From: Tepidiformaceae bacterium
GTDB lineage: Bacteria; Chloroflexota; Dehalococcoidia; Tepidiformales; Tepidiformaceae
Assembly (NCBI GenBank): GCA_965214395.1
Contig: CBDCBZ010000001.1
Location: 152,171 to 216,170, forward strand
Reading direction: 5' to 3'
DNA: 64,000 bases
Made by a program: the position numbers and the translations under genes. The notes beneath the pieces are model-generated. The model worked only from the letters and a program-made list of their open reading frames with translations. It searched no databases and had not been told where the DNA came from. Position 1 is the first letter of the stretch. Each line of letters opens with the position of its first letter. Positions 10,661-18,374 of this stretch are shown one piece after another.

Positions 10661-11314
10661 ATGGCCACGACCGTCCTGATCCCGGTGAACCGGCTCGACC
10701 GCGCGAAAGGGCGGTTGGCTGCGTTGCTCGAGCCGTCCGAGCGGGCGGATCTGGTGCGGCGCTCGCTGGGGACGGTGCTGGAGGCGGTGGCGGGTGCGGG
10801 GCTGGAGGCGGTTGTGCTCACCTCGGACGAGGCTGTCACTGCAATCCTGCCCGCCGACGTACGGGTTCTCTCCGAGAAACTGCACCTACAGGGGTTGAGC
10901 CCGCAGTTGGAGAACGCAGCCGAGCGCCTGGGCGTCGACGAACTGCTGATCCTGCACGCCGACCTGCCGCTGGCGACCGCCGAAGCGCTACGTGACCTCG
11001 TTGAGCAGGCGCCGGAGGCTCCCTCGGTGACGCTGGTGCGTCCCGGGGACGGGGGCACGAACGCGATGCTGCTACGCCCGCCGGGGCGCTTCCCGTTGGC
11101 CTACGGCAAGGGCAGCGGGGACCTGCACGAGGCCTCCGCCCGACAGGCGGGGCTCGCGGTGCGCCGGGCGGAGGCTCCAGCGCTGGCGCTCGACCTGGAC
11201 ACGCCGGCGGACGTGCGCACGTTGCTCGCGGAGCCCGCGGGCCGCGCGTGTCGTGCGGGTCGCTACCTGTTGGGGATTGGCGTCGAGGGGCGGGAGGCGC
11301 TGGGGGAGGACTAG
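10661..11314 (+). CDS. cofC: 2-phospho-L-lactate (phosphoenolpyruvate) guanylyltransferase, F420 biosynthesis
   Basis: VLIPVNRLDRAKGRLA...LILHADLPLAT...GGTNAML...LALDLDTPADV is the typical CofC/FbiD pattern at ~217 aa. Confidence 0.8.
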   Translation: MATTVLIPVNRLDRAKGRLAALLEPSERADLVRRSLGTVLEAVAGAGLEAVVLTSDEAVTAILPADVRVLSEKLHLQGLSPQLENAAERLGVDELLILHADLPLATAEALRDLVEQAPEAPSVTLVRPGDGGTNAMLLRPPGRFPLAYGKGSGDLHEASARQAGLAVRRAEAPALALDLDTPADVRTLLAEPAGRACRAGRYLLGIGVEGREALGED

Positions 11315-11856
11315 GGGAGGCGGCGGAAGGACCGGTCGTGTTCGTCGAACAGCCAGGCATCGGGGAAGGTGAGGCCCTCCCAGAACTCCACGATGTCGAG
11401 ACCATCGACAGCGTCTGACGCCCAGATGCTCATCGCGAGGCCGTGGCCGGCGACGACGGTCGTGCCCTCGGAGCGCCAGTGCTCGGCGAGGGCACGCGAC
11501 ACGCGCTGCAGGACACCGGCACGGGATTCCCAGCCGGGCGCGGAGCCCGAGCGGAGGTAGGCGCGGGCGGCGGCACGGTAGTCGCCATGAACCCAGGGGC
11601 GCTGGACCTCGGCGAGATCGGCGGAGATGGCGGCGGGGTCGAGTCCGAGTGCGTCCGTCACCTGGGCGGCCGTTTCGGTCGCCTTGCGCTCACTGCTGGC
11701 GACGACGGAGAGGGGCGGCGGGAGCTCTGGCAAGGAGCGGGCGAGGCGCGCGGCGGCCTCCGTGCCTTCCGGCGTGAGTGGCCACGCATGGGCGGGGGTT
11801 GCGGGGTCCGGGTCCGGCGAGGCGTGCCGGATCCAGAGCAGGTGGCGGTGGCTCAT
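11311..11856 (-). CDS. histidine phosphatase (phosphoglycerate mutase-like) family protein
   Basis: N-terminal LWIRHA (RHG-type catalytic motif) and a later GHG (VVAGHGLAM). 181 aa. Confidence 0.7.
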   Translation of the reverse strand: MSHRHLLWIRHASPDPDPATPAHAWPLTPEGTEAAARLARSLPELPPPLSVVASSERKATETAAQVTDALGLDPAAISADLAEVQRPWVHGDYRAAARAYLRSGSAPGWESRAGVLQRVSRALAEHWRSEGTTVVAGHGLAMSIWASDAVDGLDIVEFWEGLTFPDAWLFDEHDRSFRRLP

Positions 11857-11908
11857 GGGGTATCCATCCTAGCTGGAGCGTGTAGGAGAACCAGACCCCG
11901 CCGATACA

Positions 11909-11940
11909 TCGCAACTCACGCGAGGTCGCAACTCACGCGA
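11909..11940. repeat. 15-nt direct repeat x2 (TCGCAACTCACGCGA) in the thyX leader
   Basis: Identical copies at 11909-11923 and 11926-11940, 17-nt period, in a 275-nt less GC-rich intergenic region. Confidence 0.9.
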
Positions 11941-12132
11941 CCTAACAATTGAAGGTAACCTTGACGAAGGTGCAGGAACCGTAGGCGCACAGGTCTTGTT
12001 GCATCCTCAATACCCCGGGGAAGCTCTCATGGGGTATAACTGACTTGCTGACGCAAATTGGTAATTTGCATAGGCGGTTTGACGACGTGCCCGCGGGCAC
12101 CATGGCCTTCGACGACGAGACCGGGGAGCCAC

Positions 12133-12963
12133 ATGGCTATCGAAGTAGACCTGCTGTCGCACTCAGAGGACCCGATGCGGTCCCTCTACATGGCCTACCG
12201 GACCTGTTACAGCCAGCTGACGCCGCAGCAGGTGGCGGCGCGCATCGAGGACGAGCGCATCCCGCGGGAGAAGATGCACGCCTTCATCATCGAGCGGCTG
12301 AAGACGGGCCACGCGAGTCCCCTGGAGCAGGTCTGGTTCGAGTTCGCCATCGCGGGCGTGTCGCGGGCCTTCAGCCACCAGTTCGTGCGGCACCGGGTAG
12401 GCATCTCCTTCGAGCAACAAAGCCAGCGGTACGTGACCTACAAGAAGGGCGAGTTCCCCTACAGCATCCCCAGGAGCGTCGAGAAGGCGGGGATGTCGGA
12501 GAAAATGGAGGAGCTGTTCGGGCAGGCGGGAGCGCTCTACGAGGAGCTGGTGGAGGCAGGGGTGCCGGCCGAGGACGCACGCTTCCTGCTGCCAAACGCG
12601 ACGAGCACCAACTTCAAGATCACGGTCAACTTCCAGAGCCTGTTGCACATCTGCGACCTGCGGCTGTGCACGCGCGCGCAGTGGGAGTTTCGGCGGGTGG
12701 CGGCGCTCATGCGGGCGGAGGTCGCGAGGGCCGTCCCGGAGCTCGGCGGCTACCTGCAGCCGAAGTGTGGGGAGCTGCGCACGGGCTACTGCGACGAGTC
12801 GGTGGAGGACTGGGAGGCGTGTCCGATCGGGCGGGTGCGTCCGCACAAGGACGCCCTCTTCCGGCTGTACGACCAGTACCGGAAGGGCGAGTTGCAGCCC
12901 CTGCGCGAGGAAGACTGGGAGACTATCGAGGAGATTGGCGTGGAGGCGGCGGGCGGCCGCTGA
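12133..12963 (+). CDS. thyX: FAD-dependent thymidylate synthase
   Basis: ThyX signature RHRxxSxxxxSxR is present (VRHRVGISFEQQSQRYV). Start chosen at ATG 12133; the ORF is open to 12058. Confidence 0.9.
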   Translation: MAIEVDLLSHSEDPMRSLYMAYRTCYSQLTPQQVAARIEDERIPREKMHAFIIERLKTGHASPLEQVWFEFAIAGVSRAFSHQFVRHRVGISFEQQSQRYVTYKKGEFPYSIPRSVEKAGMSEKMEELFGQAGALYEELVEAGVPAEDARFLLPNATSTNFKITVNFQSLLHICDLRLCTRAQWEFRRVAALMRAEVARAVPELGGYLQPKCGELRTGYCDESVEDWEACPIGRVRPHKDALFRLYDQYRKGELQPLREEDWETIEEIGVEAAGGR

Positions 12964-12998
12964 TCGCGGAGGGCGGGCCGGCTCGCTACGCTAGGAGC

Positions 12999-13691
12999 AT
13001 GGCTGCTTCGAAGGGCAAGCGCGCCGTGCTCGTTCGCGACCTGGGGCTGACCGACTACGGGGAGGTCCACCGGCTGCAGCAGGAGCTGCAGGCGGAGCGC
13101 GTCCGCGGGGAAGGCGTCGACACGCTGCTCCTGACGGAGCACCGGCCCGTATTCACGCTGGGCCGCAACCACCCGGAGCCGAACCTGCGCGCCACCGCGG
13201 AGATGGTGCGGGCTGCGGGAATCGAGGTGGCGCAGACGGAGCGTGGCGGCGACATCACCTACCACGGGCCGGGGCAGCTGGTGGCGTACGGGATCATCGA
13301 CCTGCGGGCGTGGGGCATGGGCGTAGTCGACTACGTAGAAGCGCTCGAGGAGACGATGTTCGGCGTGCTGGGCGAGTGGGGCGTGGAGGGGCGGCGGCAC
13401 GAGTGTGCGCGCGGGGTCTGGGTGGGGGAGCGGAAGATCGGGTCCGTGGGGCTGCACGTGCGGCGCTTCGTCTCGATGCACGGGGCAGCCCTGAACGTGG
13501 CCCCGGACATGGGGCACATCGCGCTGATGAACCCCTGTGGGCTCGAGGACACGGAGATGACGAACCTGGTGGCGGAGGCGGGGAGGCCGGTCACGGTGGC
13601 GGAGGTGGCGGAGGCGTTCGTGCGGCAGTTCGCGCGTGTGCTCGGTTGCGAGGTGGCGGTCGCGACGGGCGAGCCTCTTACGATGCGATGA
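12999..13691 (+). CDS. lipB: lipoyl(octanoyl) transferase
   Basis: ..LLLTEHRPVFTLGR..ERGGDITYHGPGQLVAY..RKIGSVGLHV..HGAALNV is the canonical LipB pattern. AGGAG RBS before ATG 12999. Confidence 0.9.
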   Translation: MAASKGKRAVLVRDLGLTDYGEVHRLQQELQAERVRGEGVDTLLLTEHRPVFTLGRNHPEPNLRATAEMVRAAGIEVAQTERGGDITYHGPGQLVAYGIIDLRAWGMGVVDYVEALEETMFGVLGEWGVEGRRHECARGVWVGERKIGSVGLHVRRFVSMHGAALNVAPDMGHIALMNPCGLEDTEMTNLVAEAGRPVTVAEVAEAFVRQFARVLGCEVAVATGEPLTMR

Positions 13692-13932
13692 GTCGATCGT
13701 ACTCATCGTGGGTTCCAACCCACACCCAGATGAAGTCGTGGCCATCCTCGACAGCGAGCGCTCGGTAGTCACGGCCTACTCGGGCCGACCAGAATTTGCC
13801 AACCTTCTTGAAGCGGAGCGAGGGATGGGCCGGGTTCTCCGCCAGCAGGCGGAAGTTTCGCCTGGCAGTCCGCTGGACACGCTCAGGCAGCCGATCGAAG
13901 CGCCTCCAGAATCGGGGGGTGGTTCGATGCAC
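13678..13932 (-). CDS. type II toxin, RelE/ParE superfamily
   Basis: 84 aa with the pattern F..LP..VQ....F.LL..NP.HPSL.FKK....WS.RVG.DYRAL......FIWVWVGTHDEY. Its ATG abuts the upstream small-gene stop. Confidence 0.7.
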   Translation of the reverse strand: MHRTTPRFWRRFDRLPERVQRTARRNFRLLAENPAHPSLRFKKVGKFWSARVGRDYRALAVEDGHDFIWVWVGTHDEYDRLIAS

Positions 13933-14133
13933 CTAGAGGTCTTCGAGAGCGCGCTGCTCGGCAGGGTCACGGGCCTCTTTGACCAGGAAGTCGAGGGCAC
14001 CGGCCTCCGAATCGGCCTCGACGCGACCATCCCAGCGCTCCCAGTCCAGGTCGCTGATCCACTGGCACAGCTGGCGATAGTCGGCCTCGGGGAGGTCGAG
14101 GATGGCTCGCTGGATTTCAGCAACGGTCGACAC
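13933..14133 (-). CDS. putative antitoxin of the RelE/ParE-like toxin
   Basis: 66-aa acidic ORF immediately upstream of the toxin. GTG 14133 is preceded by GGAGG at 7-nt spacing; the track ORF extends to 14157. Confidence 0.55.
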   Translation of the reverse strand: MSTVAEIQRAILDLPEADYRQLCQWISDLDWERWDGRVEADSEAGALDFLVKEARDPAEQRALEDL

Positions 14134-14217
14134 GGTGGAACCTCCGGTGCGGGGCACACAACCACCCAGTGGGCTCGCCCTGTAGAGGATAGCGCGTGGG
14201 GGGGTCTGAAGCGCCGG

Positions 14218-14409
14218 CTAACGCGGCCGGGTAACGGAGTCCAGCAGGCGGCGGGTGACCTCGGCGACCTGTTCGAACGCTTCCTCGTTGCGTCGCGAGG
14301 GCGCACGGAAGCCGATCACCTTGCGCACGTACTGGAGGGAGGCTTCGCGGATCTCGTCGTCTTCAGCGATGCCCTCGGGGCCGCGCAGCCGCTTGATGCT
14401 GCGACACAT
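14218..14409 (-). CDS. DUF2277-family protein
   Basis: MCRSIKRLRGPEGIAEDDEIREASLQYVRKVIGFRAPSRRNEEAFEQVAEVTRRLL matches the conserved MCR-start DUF2277 pattern. It forms the last 63 aa of track ORF 14218..14682. Confidence 0.7.
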   Translation of the reverse strand: MCRSIKRLRGPEGIAEDDEIREASLQYVRKVIGFRAPSRRNEEAFEQVAEVTRRLLDSVTRPR

Positions 14410-14413
14410 CGCG

Positions 14414-14911
14414 CTAGAGCTCGGGAGCGGGCGGGCGGCTGGGGCGGCGCGCCTCGACCCAGACCATGGCGGCTGCAAGCGCGGCGATGGTGACCCCGAG
14501 CAGGACGCCGGCGGAGATGGAGAGGCTGTCGCGGAGGCCGTCGGGGCCGGTGGTGAGGGCGGCGCGCCAGAGATTGAAGCCGGTGAGGGCGACGGTGAGG
14601 AACAGCAGCGTGAGCCCGGTGGAGGCGGCCATCCAGGCGCGTCGCAGGACAAGGTAGGCGAGGGCGATGCCGCCGATGGCATAGAAGGGGATGGTCACGG
14701 GGACGACCCAGTCGCGCACCTCGGTCCAACTGGCCCGAGCCTGGTAGGCAAGGGCGACGAGGGCGGCGGTGAAGAGCACGCCGACGGCGATGAGGAGGAG
14801 CATGCGGCCGAGATCCTGGCGATCGGCGGGCGCGTCGGGGCGCGTCTCGCGGTCGTGAACGACGGCGCTCTTCTCGGTCTCGACAGGCGCGGGGGCGGTG
14901 AAGTCAGCCAT
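14414..14911 (-). CDS. integral membrane protein, unknown function
   Basis: 165 aa with about four hydrophobic helices after a charged N-terminus. 4-nt gap to the DUF2277 gene. Confidence 0.55.
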   Translation of the reverse strand: MADFTAPAPVETEKSAVVHDRETRPDAPADRQDLGRMLLLIAVGVLFTAALVALAYQARASWTEVRDWVVPVTIPFYAIGGIALAYLVLRRAWMAASTGLTLLFLTVALTGFNLWRAALTTGPDGLRDSLSISAGVLLGVTIAALAAAMVWVEARRPSRPPAPEL

Positions 14912-14956
14912 CGCCCGCGATCATGGCGGGCGGGCGGCAGCGGGGCAAGCGGGTAG

Positions 14957-16186
14957 CTAGAACTCGTCGGCGCACCAGGGAGCGGCGTGCCAGGCGAAGA
15001 GGGCGTCGGCGAGCCGAAGGGCTTCGACCGCGCCCTCGATACGTCCGGCGCGGGCGAGCGTGGAGGCCGAGACAGCGCCCAGGTAGAGGGCCGCGAGGTC
15101 GTCAGCGCCAAGGGTCAGGTCGGGTGGGGCGTCGGTAGTGCGGCAGGCGGCAGTCGCACCCTCGGTCACAAGCTCGAAGCGACCTGTGGCCCAGGGGCCG
15201 AAGGGGTCGCGCACGTCGAGGATGAGGCGGCCATCGGCCGGGTAGGCGCGGCCCTCGAGAGCCTTCGGCACGTCGAGGATGCGCAGCCAGAGGGTGTCGC
15301 GGGGGATGCGGCGGAGGTGGCGGGGATCCTCCAGCATCCAGTAGAGGGGAGCGTCGGGCGGGAGGTTGTTGATGCTGATCGTCTCGACGAGGTCGATGCC
15401 GAAGAGGTAGCGCCAGAGGGCGGCCGCGGCGGCAGGGGTCGTCGCGACGAACTCAAGCACGCGCACCGTGCCTCGGGGAAGGCCCTCGGGCCAGTCGCTC
15501 TTGACGGTGTAGATGGCGTAGCCGTCGGGTCCGTCTGGGCCTGCGTATTCGACGAACTGGCGGCGCGTGAACCCGCCCTCGGGCTTGTTGGTGCGGGGGA
15601 CGACGAAGGCGCTCCAGTGGCCGGGGATGCGGTTCATCATGCCGGGGCGGGACTCGCGCAACCGGTCGTAGAGGGCCGGCCAGCGTTCGAGCGCGGCATC
15701 GGGCTCGACAAAGCGGACCTCGCCGGGGGCGTCGGGCACGGATGAGACGAACGCGGTATGGCGGCGGTCGATGCTGATGCGGTCGGACTGCGCGGCCAGG
15801 CCGTAGCCGAAGCGGCCGTAGATAAGGCTCTCGGAGGCCCAGAGTGCGGCCAGGGGTTCGCCACGTCCGGCGACGTCCTCAAGCTGGCGGCGCATGAGCT
15901 CGGTGAGGATGCCGCGCCGCCGGTGCGTGGAGGCCACGGTGACGCCGGTCACGCCCGCCGTCGGCAGGTCGCCTCCGGGGACGCTCATCGAGAACTTGAT
16001 CGCGTGCGTCTTGCCTACCAGTTCGTCGCCGTCGAAGGCGCCGAGGCTGCGGTCCCACTCGAGCATGGGGCGGATGGGATCGGACCAGGCGGCGGCGTTG
16101 TCGATGTCGTCGAGGAACGCGAGCGCGCTCGTAGCAACCCACTGGTCCCAGTCGTCCTCGGAAAGCACGCGGTAGCTGATAGCCAT
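14957..16186 (-). CDS. GNAT N-acetyltransferase, Eis-like (three-domain, SCP2-like C-terminus)
   Basis: 409 aa. The GNAT core (..VASTHRRRGILTELMRRQL..) and overall size and layout match Eis/UPF0256-type acetyltransferases. Confidence 0.7.
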   Translation of the reverse strand: MAISYRVLSEDDWDQWVATSALAFLDDIDNAAAWSDPIRPMLEWDRSLGAFDGDELVGKTHAIKFSMSVPGGDLPTAGVTGVTVASTHRRRGILTELMRRQLEDVAGRGEPLAALWASESLIYGRFGYGLAAQSDRISIDRRHTAFVSSVPDAPGEVRFVEPDAALERWPALYDRLRESRPGMMNRIPGHWSAFVVPRTNKPEGGFTRRQFVEYAGPDGPDGYAIYTVKSDWPEGLPRGTVRVLEFVATTPAAAAALWRYLFGIDLVETISINNLPPDAPLYWMLEDPRHLRRIPRDTLWLRILDVPKALEGRAYPADGRLILDVRDPFGPWATGRFELVTEGATAACRTTDAPPDLTLGADDLAALYLGAVSASTLARAGRIEGAVEALRLADALFAWHAAPWCADEF

Positions 16187-16251
16187 CGTCCTTCGACTGT
16201 GGGCGGGGAAACGACAACAGTCCAGACGCGCGTTCGGGCAGCCGGTAGGCT

Positions 16252-16902
16252 GTGATCATGAGCGCGATCGGCATATTGACGCTGGGGGCAGGTGTCTCCG
16301 CAGACGCTGCCGTGGAGGCGCTCAACGGGTTTGTGGAGGGGGGAGCGCGGGTGGCGGTGGTCGAGGCGGGGGAGGGGGACCTCCGGAAGTGGCCGGGGGA
16401 GCGGGTACGCTGGCTGTGGCGGGACTACCCGCTGCCGGTCGTGTTCGCGTTCGAGGGGCGGCTGGCAGGGGCGGAGGCGGCGCTGGCGCTGGGTTGCGAC
16501 ATCCGCGTGTGCGGGGAGGGGGCGGTGGTCGAGTTGGAGGGCGGGGCGATGGACGACCTGACCGCACGCCGGGCGCGCACACTGCTGGGGTTGGAGGCGG
16601 GGGAAGCCATGCCCGCGAGCTTCACCGCAACGGAGGCGCTGGAGCGGGGGCTGGTGTCGCGGGTGGCACCGGCGGGGAGCGCGAGGGAGGCGGCGCGGGC
16701 GGCGGCAGAGGCGGTCGCGGCGCGGGGTCCGATCGCGACGCGACTGGCGAAAGAAGCGGTCTGGAGGGGGCTCGATCAGCCCCTCGAACAGGCCCTGCGA
16801 TTCGAAACCGATTTGACCTTGCTCCTACAAGCGACCAAAGATCGGGCTGAAGGGGTGCGCGCGTTCCTTGAAAAGCGCCCGCCAGACTTCACTGGGGAAT
16901 AG
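16252..16902 (+). CDS. crotonase-fold (enoyl-CoA hydratase/isomerase family) protein, shortened N-terminus
   Basis: The C-terminal two-thirds is a typical crotonase (..EALERGLVSRV..A..IA..GPIA.RLAKE....G....L..AL..E......T.D..EG..AF.EKR.P.F.G). The usual FxAGADx oxyanion segment was not seen. Confidence 0.6.
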   Translation: MIMSAIGILTLGAGVSADAAVEALNGFVEGGARVAVVEAGEGDLRKWPGERVRWLWRDYPLPVVFAFEGRLAGAEAALALGCDIRVCGEGAVVELEGGAMDDLTARRARTLLGLEAGEAMPASFTATEALERGLVSRVAPAGSAREAARAAAEAVAARGPIATRLAKEAVWRGLDQPLEQALRFETDLTLLLQATKDRAEGVRAFLEKRPPDFTGE

Positions 16903-16905
16903 CAC

Positions 16906-17157
16906 ATGATTGTTTTGCTCGAAGAACCTGAGTCGTGGTCGCTGATGATGCTTGTCAGCGCGGTCGCGATCGACAATGCCGAGATCTCCGTTGAGGGGAA
17001 GGAGGCCATCCGCCGGTGGCGCTCGGACCACCAGGAGGGCTCGCCCGAACTGGACGGCCTGACGGAGGCCCTGAACGAGCGCTTGAACGGGGCTATCGAT
17101 GCTAAGCTGATGCGTCGCGTGAAGAGCAAGGGACGCTACGAGACGGTCCGGAGGTAG
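16906..17157 (+). CDS. small hypothetical protein, paralogue 1
   Basis: 83 aa, translationally coupled (3-nt gaps). It shares RRWRS..G.PELD.L...N..L with the next ORF. Confidence 0.5.
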   Translation: MIVLLEEPESWSLMMLVSAVAIDNAEISVEGKEAIRRWRSDHQEGSPELDGLTEALNERLNGAIDAKLMRRVKSKGRYETVRR

Positions 17158-17160
17158 GGG

Positions 17161-17406
17161 ATGGCGCAGGTAACGTACAGCGACGACGAAATCAACGAGA
17201 TGCTCATCGAGCTCGTGAACCGCATGGCGAGCGAGGCCGAGTTGAGCGCCAAGGACCGGGCGATGCTGAAGCGCTGGCGCTCTTCGGAGATGAAGCTCGG
17301 CAGCGACGAGCTGGACGACCTCGTGCGGAAGGCGAACGAGGACCTCGCCCAGAACGTCTCGATGCGCGAGAAAAGCGCTATCCGCAGGCCCGACTGGCGG
17401 CAGTAG
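17161..17406 (+). CDS. small hypothetical protein, paralogue 2
   Basis: 81 aa with GGGG/AGG upstream. It shares AELS..D...LKRWRS....GSDELDDL...ANEDL with the previous ORF. Confidence 0.5.
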   Translation: MAQVTYSDDEINEMLIELVNRMASEAELSAKDRAMLKRWRSSEMKLGSDELDDLVRKANEDLAQNVSMREKSAIRRPDWRQ

Positions 17407-17511
17407 ACCTCCAGCACACCTTCCTTCCGGGAAGCATCCGCGCCGGTCCTCGTGGCCGGCGCGTTCTGTTGGGCTCCGCGCTCGCCGTTGCCGTCGCCGT
17501 AAACTGGCCCC

Positions 17512-18144
17512 ATGGCCGATCCGGTCCTGTTCGCCATCGATGAGCGGGGCGTGGCGACGATCACGCTCAACCGGCCCGAGCGCCTGAACGCGATCAACAT
17601 GGCCATGCGCGACCTGCTGTGGGAATACCTGCAGGCCTGCCGCGACCATCCCGATGTGCGGGCGGTGTGCTTCCGGGGCGAAGGGCGAGCCTTCAGCGCG
17701 GGGGCCGACATCTCGGAGTTCGGGACGGCGCCCAGCCTGTGGGAAGCGCGACGGGCGCGGCACGAGCGTGACGTCTGGGGGCTCATGCTCTCGCTCCCGG
17801 TGCCACTGGTGGCGCGCATGCACGGCTTCTGCTTCGGCGCGGGTCTGGAACTGCCCCTTTGCTGCGACGTACGGGTGGCGGAGGAGGGGACGCAGTTCGC
17901 GTTGCCGGAGGTGACGCTGGGGTACATCCCGAGCGCGGGCGGCACGCAGACGCTGCCGCGCACGATTCCCCCTGGCGCCGCCGCCGACCTGATCCTGACG
18001 GGTGAACCGGTGGGGACGGAGGAAGCGCTGCGCTGGGGGCTGATCACGAAGGCGGTCCCGGCGGCGGATCTGGACGAGGCGGTGGAGGAGGAGCTGGGGC
18101 GGGCGCTGGCGGAGCCGTTCGAGCCGAGGCGGCCGGGGTTGTAG
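17512..18144 (+). CDS. enoyl-CoA hydratase/isomerase family protein
   Basis: GVATITLNRPERLNAIN...RAVCFRGEGRAFSAGADISEF...GFCFGAGLELPLCCDVRVA is the canonical crotonase motif set. Confidence 0.85.
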   Translation: MADPVLFAIDERGVATITLNRPERLNAINMAMRDLLWEYLQACRDHPDVRAVCFRGEGRAFSAGADISEFGTAPSLWEARRARHERDVWGLMLSLPVPLVARMHGFCFGAGLELPLCCDVRVAEEGTQFALPEVTLGYIPSAGGTQTLPRTIPPGAAADLILTGEPVGTEEALRWGLITKAVPAADLDEAVEEELGRALAEPFEPRRPGL

Positions 18145-18190
18145 TGGCTAGTGGCTGGCGGCTAGTGGCTAGTGGTTTGTGAATAGTGGG
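18142..18190. repeat. heptanucleotide tandem repeat (TAGTGGC-like x7)
   Basis: TAGTGGC TAGTGGC TGGCGGC TAGTGGC TAGTGGT TTGTGAA TAGTGGG, starting at the stop codon of the crotonase gene. Confidence 0.9.
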
Positions 18191-18272
18191 TACCCACGGG
18201 CCGGGGGCGGCTCCCTACTCAGGAACCGCTGCGGGTATGCACGGGGACGCCCTGGACCCCACGAGTCGTCAG

Positions 18273-18294
18273 TCACCAACCACCAGCCACTGGC
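18273..18294. repeat. inverted partial copy of the heptad repeat
   Basis: TCACCAACCACCAGCCACTGGC is the reverse complement of GTGGCTGG-type units. For example, CCAGCCAC 18283-18290 is the exact complement of GTGGCTGG 18151-18158. Confidence 0.75.
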
Positions 18295-18374
18295 CCTGAT
18301 TCGCGCGCCGAACGGGGCGCCGGTAGAATCCCGTGGCGCCGCACATAGGCGCAAACCCGCTCCTTGGAGGGAGC

